Below are positions 60,768 through 64,000 of a stretch of 64,000 nucleotides of DNA, piece after piece. Every line of letters begins with the position of its first letter. Within the stretch, counting starts at the first letter, position 1. Below the pieces are notes generated by a model. The model saw only the letters and a list, made by a program, of their open reading frames with translations. It was not told where the DNA came from and made no database searches. Source of the stretch: Pristiophorus japonicus (Eukaryota). The stretch spans positions 1,550,001 through 1,614,000 of the forward strand of contig NC_091977.1 in assembly GCF_044704955.1 (NCBI RefSeq), in the 5' to 3' direction. Both the position numbers and the translations under genes were made by a program.

Positions 60768-63700
60768 ATAAACATAGAAATATAGAAACATCGAGCCTGC
60801 ACCACCATTCAATAAGATCATGGCTGATCATTCCCTCAGTACCCCTTTCCTGCTTTCTCTCCATACCCCTTGATCCCTTTAGCCGTAAGGGCCACATCTA
60901 ACTCCCTCTTGAATATATCCAATGAACTGGCATCAACAACTCTCTGCGGCAGGGAATTCAACAGGTTAACAACTCTCTGAATGAAGAGGTTTCTCCTCAT
61001 CCCAATCCAAAATGGTCTGCCCCTTATCCTCAGACTGTGTCCCCTGGTTCTGGACTTCCCCAACATCGGGAACATTCTTCCTGCATCTAACCTGTCCAGT
61101 CCCGTCAGAATTGTATATGTTTCTATGAGATCCCCTCGCATCCTTCTAAACTCCAGTGAATACAGGCCCAGTCGATCCAGTCTCTCCTCATATGTCAGTC
61201 CTGCCATCCCGGGAATCAGTCTGGTGAACCTTCGCTGCACTCCCTCAATAGTAAGAACGTCCTTCCTCAGATTAGGAGACCAAAACTGAACACAATATTC
61301 CAGGTGAGGCCTCACCAAGGCCCTATACAACTGCAGTAAGACCTCCCTGCTCCTATACTCAAATCCTCTCGCTATGACGGCCAACATACCATTTGCCTTC
61401 TTCACTGCCTGCTGTACCTGCATGCCAACTTTCAATGACTGATGTACCATGACACCCAGGTCTCGTTGCACCTCCCCTTTTCCTAATCTGCCGCCATTCA
61501 GATAATATTCAGCCTTCGTGTTTTTGCCACCAAAGTGGATAACCTCACATTTATCCACATTATACTGCATCTGTCATGCATTTGCCCACTCACCTAACCT
61601 GTCCAAGTCACCCTGCAGCCTTTAAGCATCCTCCTCACAGCTCACACTGACACCCAGTTTAGTGTCATCTGCAAACTTAGAGATATTACACTCAATTCCC
61701 TCATCCAAATCATTATTGTATATTGTAAATAGCTGGAGTCCCAGCACTGAGCCCTGTGGCACCCCACTAGTCACTGCCTCCCATTCTGAAAAGGACCCGT
61801 TTATCCCGACTCTCTGCTTCCTGTCTGCCAACCAGTTCTCTATCCACGTCAGTACATTACCCCCAATACCATGTGCTTTAATTTTGCACACCAGTTTCTT
61901 GTGTGGGACCTTGTCAAAAGCCTTTTGAAAGTCCAAATACACCACATCCACTGGTTCTCCCTTGTCCACTCTACCAGTTACATCCTCAAAAAATTCTCGA
62001 AGATTTGTCAAACATGATTTCCCTTTCATATATCCATGATTCCAACATTTCCCCCACTACTGATGTCAGGCTAACCGGTCTATAATTACCCGTTTTCTCT
62101 CTCCCTCCTTTCTTGAAAAATGGTGTTACATTAGCTAGCTTCCAGTCCATATGAACCGATCCAGAGTCGATCGACTGTTGGAAAATGATCACCAATGCAT
62201 ACATGATTTCTCGGGCCACTTCCTTAAGTCCTCTGGGATGCAAACCATCAGGCCCCAGGGATTTATCGGCCTTCAATCCCATTAATTTCCCTAACACAAT
62301 TTCCCACCTAATAAGGATTTCCTTCAGTTCCTCCTTCTCACTAGATCCTCGGTCCCCTAGTATTTCCAGAGGGTTATTTATGTCTTCCTTCGTGATGACA
62401 GAACCAAAGTATTTGTTTAACTGGTCCGCCATTTCTTTGTTCCCCATTATAAATTCACCTGAATCTGACTGCAAGGGACCGACATTTGTCTTCACTAATC
62501 TTATTCTCTTCACATATCTATAGAAGCTTTTGCAGTCAATTTTTAGGTTCCCAGCAAGCTTCCCCTCATACTCTATTTTCCCCCTCCTAATTAAACCCTT
62601 TGTCCTCCTCTGCTGAATTATAAAATTCTCGCAGTCCTCAGGTTTGCTGCTTTTTCTGGCCAATTTATATGCCTCTTCCTTGGATTTAACACTTCTTTAA
62701 TTTCCCTTGTTAACCACGGTTGAGCCACCTTCCCCGTTTTATTTTTACTCCAGACAGGGATGTACAATTGTTGAAGTTCATCCATGTGATCTTTAAATGT
62801 TTGCCACTGCCTATCCACTGTCAACCTTTTAAGTATCACTCGCCAGTATATTCTCGCCAATTCACGCCTCATACCATCAAAGTTACCTTTCCTTAAGTTC
62901 AGGACCCTAGTCTCTGAATTAACTGTGTCACTCTCCATCTTAATAAAGAATTCTACCATATTATGGTCACTCTTCCCCAAGGGGCCTCGCACAACAAGAT
63001 TGCTAATTAGTCCTTTCTCATTACACATCACCCAGTCTAGGATGGCCAGCTCTCTGGTTGGTTCCTCGACATATTGGTCTCGAAAACCATCCCTAATACA
63101 CTCCAGGAAATCCTCCTCCACTGTATTGCTACCAGTTTGGTTAGCCCAATCAATATATAGATTAAAGTTCCCCATTATAACTGCTGTACCTTTATTGCAC
63201 ACATCCCTTATTTCTTGTTTGATGCTGTCCCCAACCTTACTACTACTGTTTGGTGGTCTGTACACAACTCCCACTAGCGTTTTCTGCCCTTTGGTATTCC
63301 GCAGCTCCACCCATACCGATTCCACATCATCCAGGCTAATGTCCTTCCTTACTATTGCATTAATTTCCTCTTTAACCAACAATGCCACCCCACCTCCTTT
63401 TCCTTTCTGTCTAACCTTCCTAAATGTTGAATAGCTTTGGATGTTGAGTTCCCAGCCTTGGTCACCCTGGAGCCATGTCTCCGTGATGCCAATTACATCA
63501 TATCCGTTAACTGCTATCTGCACAGTTAATTCGTCCACCTTATTCCGAATACTCCTCGCATTGAGGCACAGAGCCTTCAGGCTTGTCTTTTTAACACACT
63601 TTGCCCCTTTAGAATTTTGCTGTAATGTGGCCCTTTTTGCTTTTTGCCTTCGGTTTCTCTGCCCTCCACTTTTACTTTTCTTCTTTCTATCTCTTGCTTC

Positions 63701-64000
63701 TGCCCCCATTCTACTTCCCTCTGTCTCCCTGCATAGGTTCCCATCCCCCTGCCATATTAGTTTAACCCCTCCCCAACAGCACGAGCAAACATTCCCCCTC
63801 GGACATTTCTTCTGGTCCTGCCCAGGTGCAGACCGTCTGGTTTGTACTGGTCCCACCTCCCCCAGAACCGGTTCCAATGTCCCAGGAATTTGAATCCCTC
63901 CCTGCTGCACCACTCCTCAAGCCACGTATTCATCTGAGCTATCCTGCGATTCCTACTCTGACTAGCATGTGGCACTGGTAGCAATCCTGAGATTACTACT
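60768..64000 (-). mobile_element. CR1 LINE (end of ORF1 plus ORF2, with small deletions), continuing past the window end
   Basis: Esterase DGLH, APE and RT motifs; lies tail-to-tail with the previous copy. Confidence 0.95.

Overview
Vertebrate genomic DNA, most likely from a cartilaginous fish (shark or ray). This is inferred from the repeat families: esterase-ORF1 CR1 LINEs with (TTCTATGT)n/(TTCTTATG)n tails, a 67-bp satellite, Tx1, Gypsy and Harbinger. Most of the window is nested, degenerate transposable elements. One intact host gene runs through them on the + strand, and the ORF track never assembles it. It is a 7-coding-exon type I immunoglobulin-superfamily receptor: 3097-3184, 8365-8706, 12420-12689, 19478-19819, 19898-20167, 36580-36689 and 41899-42012. 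All introns are GT-AG with compatible phases, giving 1536 nt and 511 aa. The architecture is leader-V-C2-V-C2-TM-tail, as in CD4/LAG-3/G6F-like molecules, with a WxC in D4. Unlike those receptors it has a cysteine-free D1, a lysine in the middle of the TM helix, and a short tail with no tyrosine, no Cx(C/H) and no FxxL. It therefore looks like a CD4/LAG-3-related activating receptor that would pair with an ITAM adaptor such as DAP12. Relics near the gene point to a fast-evolving paired-receptor family: a dead duplicate C2 exon end, a disabled second leader exon, and an ITIM/FxxL-like motif apparently cut off by a retroposon. All homology calls are by eye and no searches were run.
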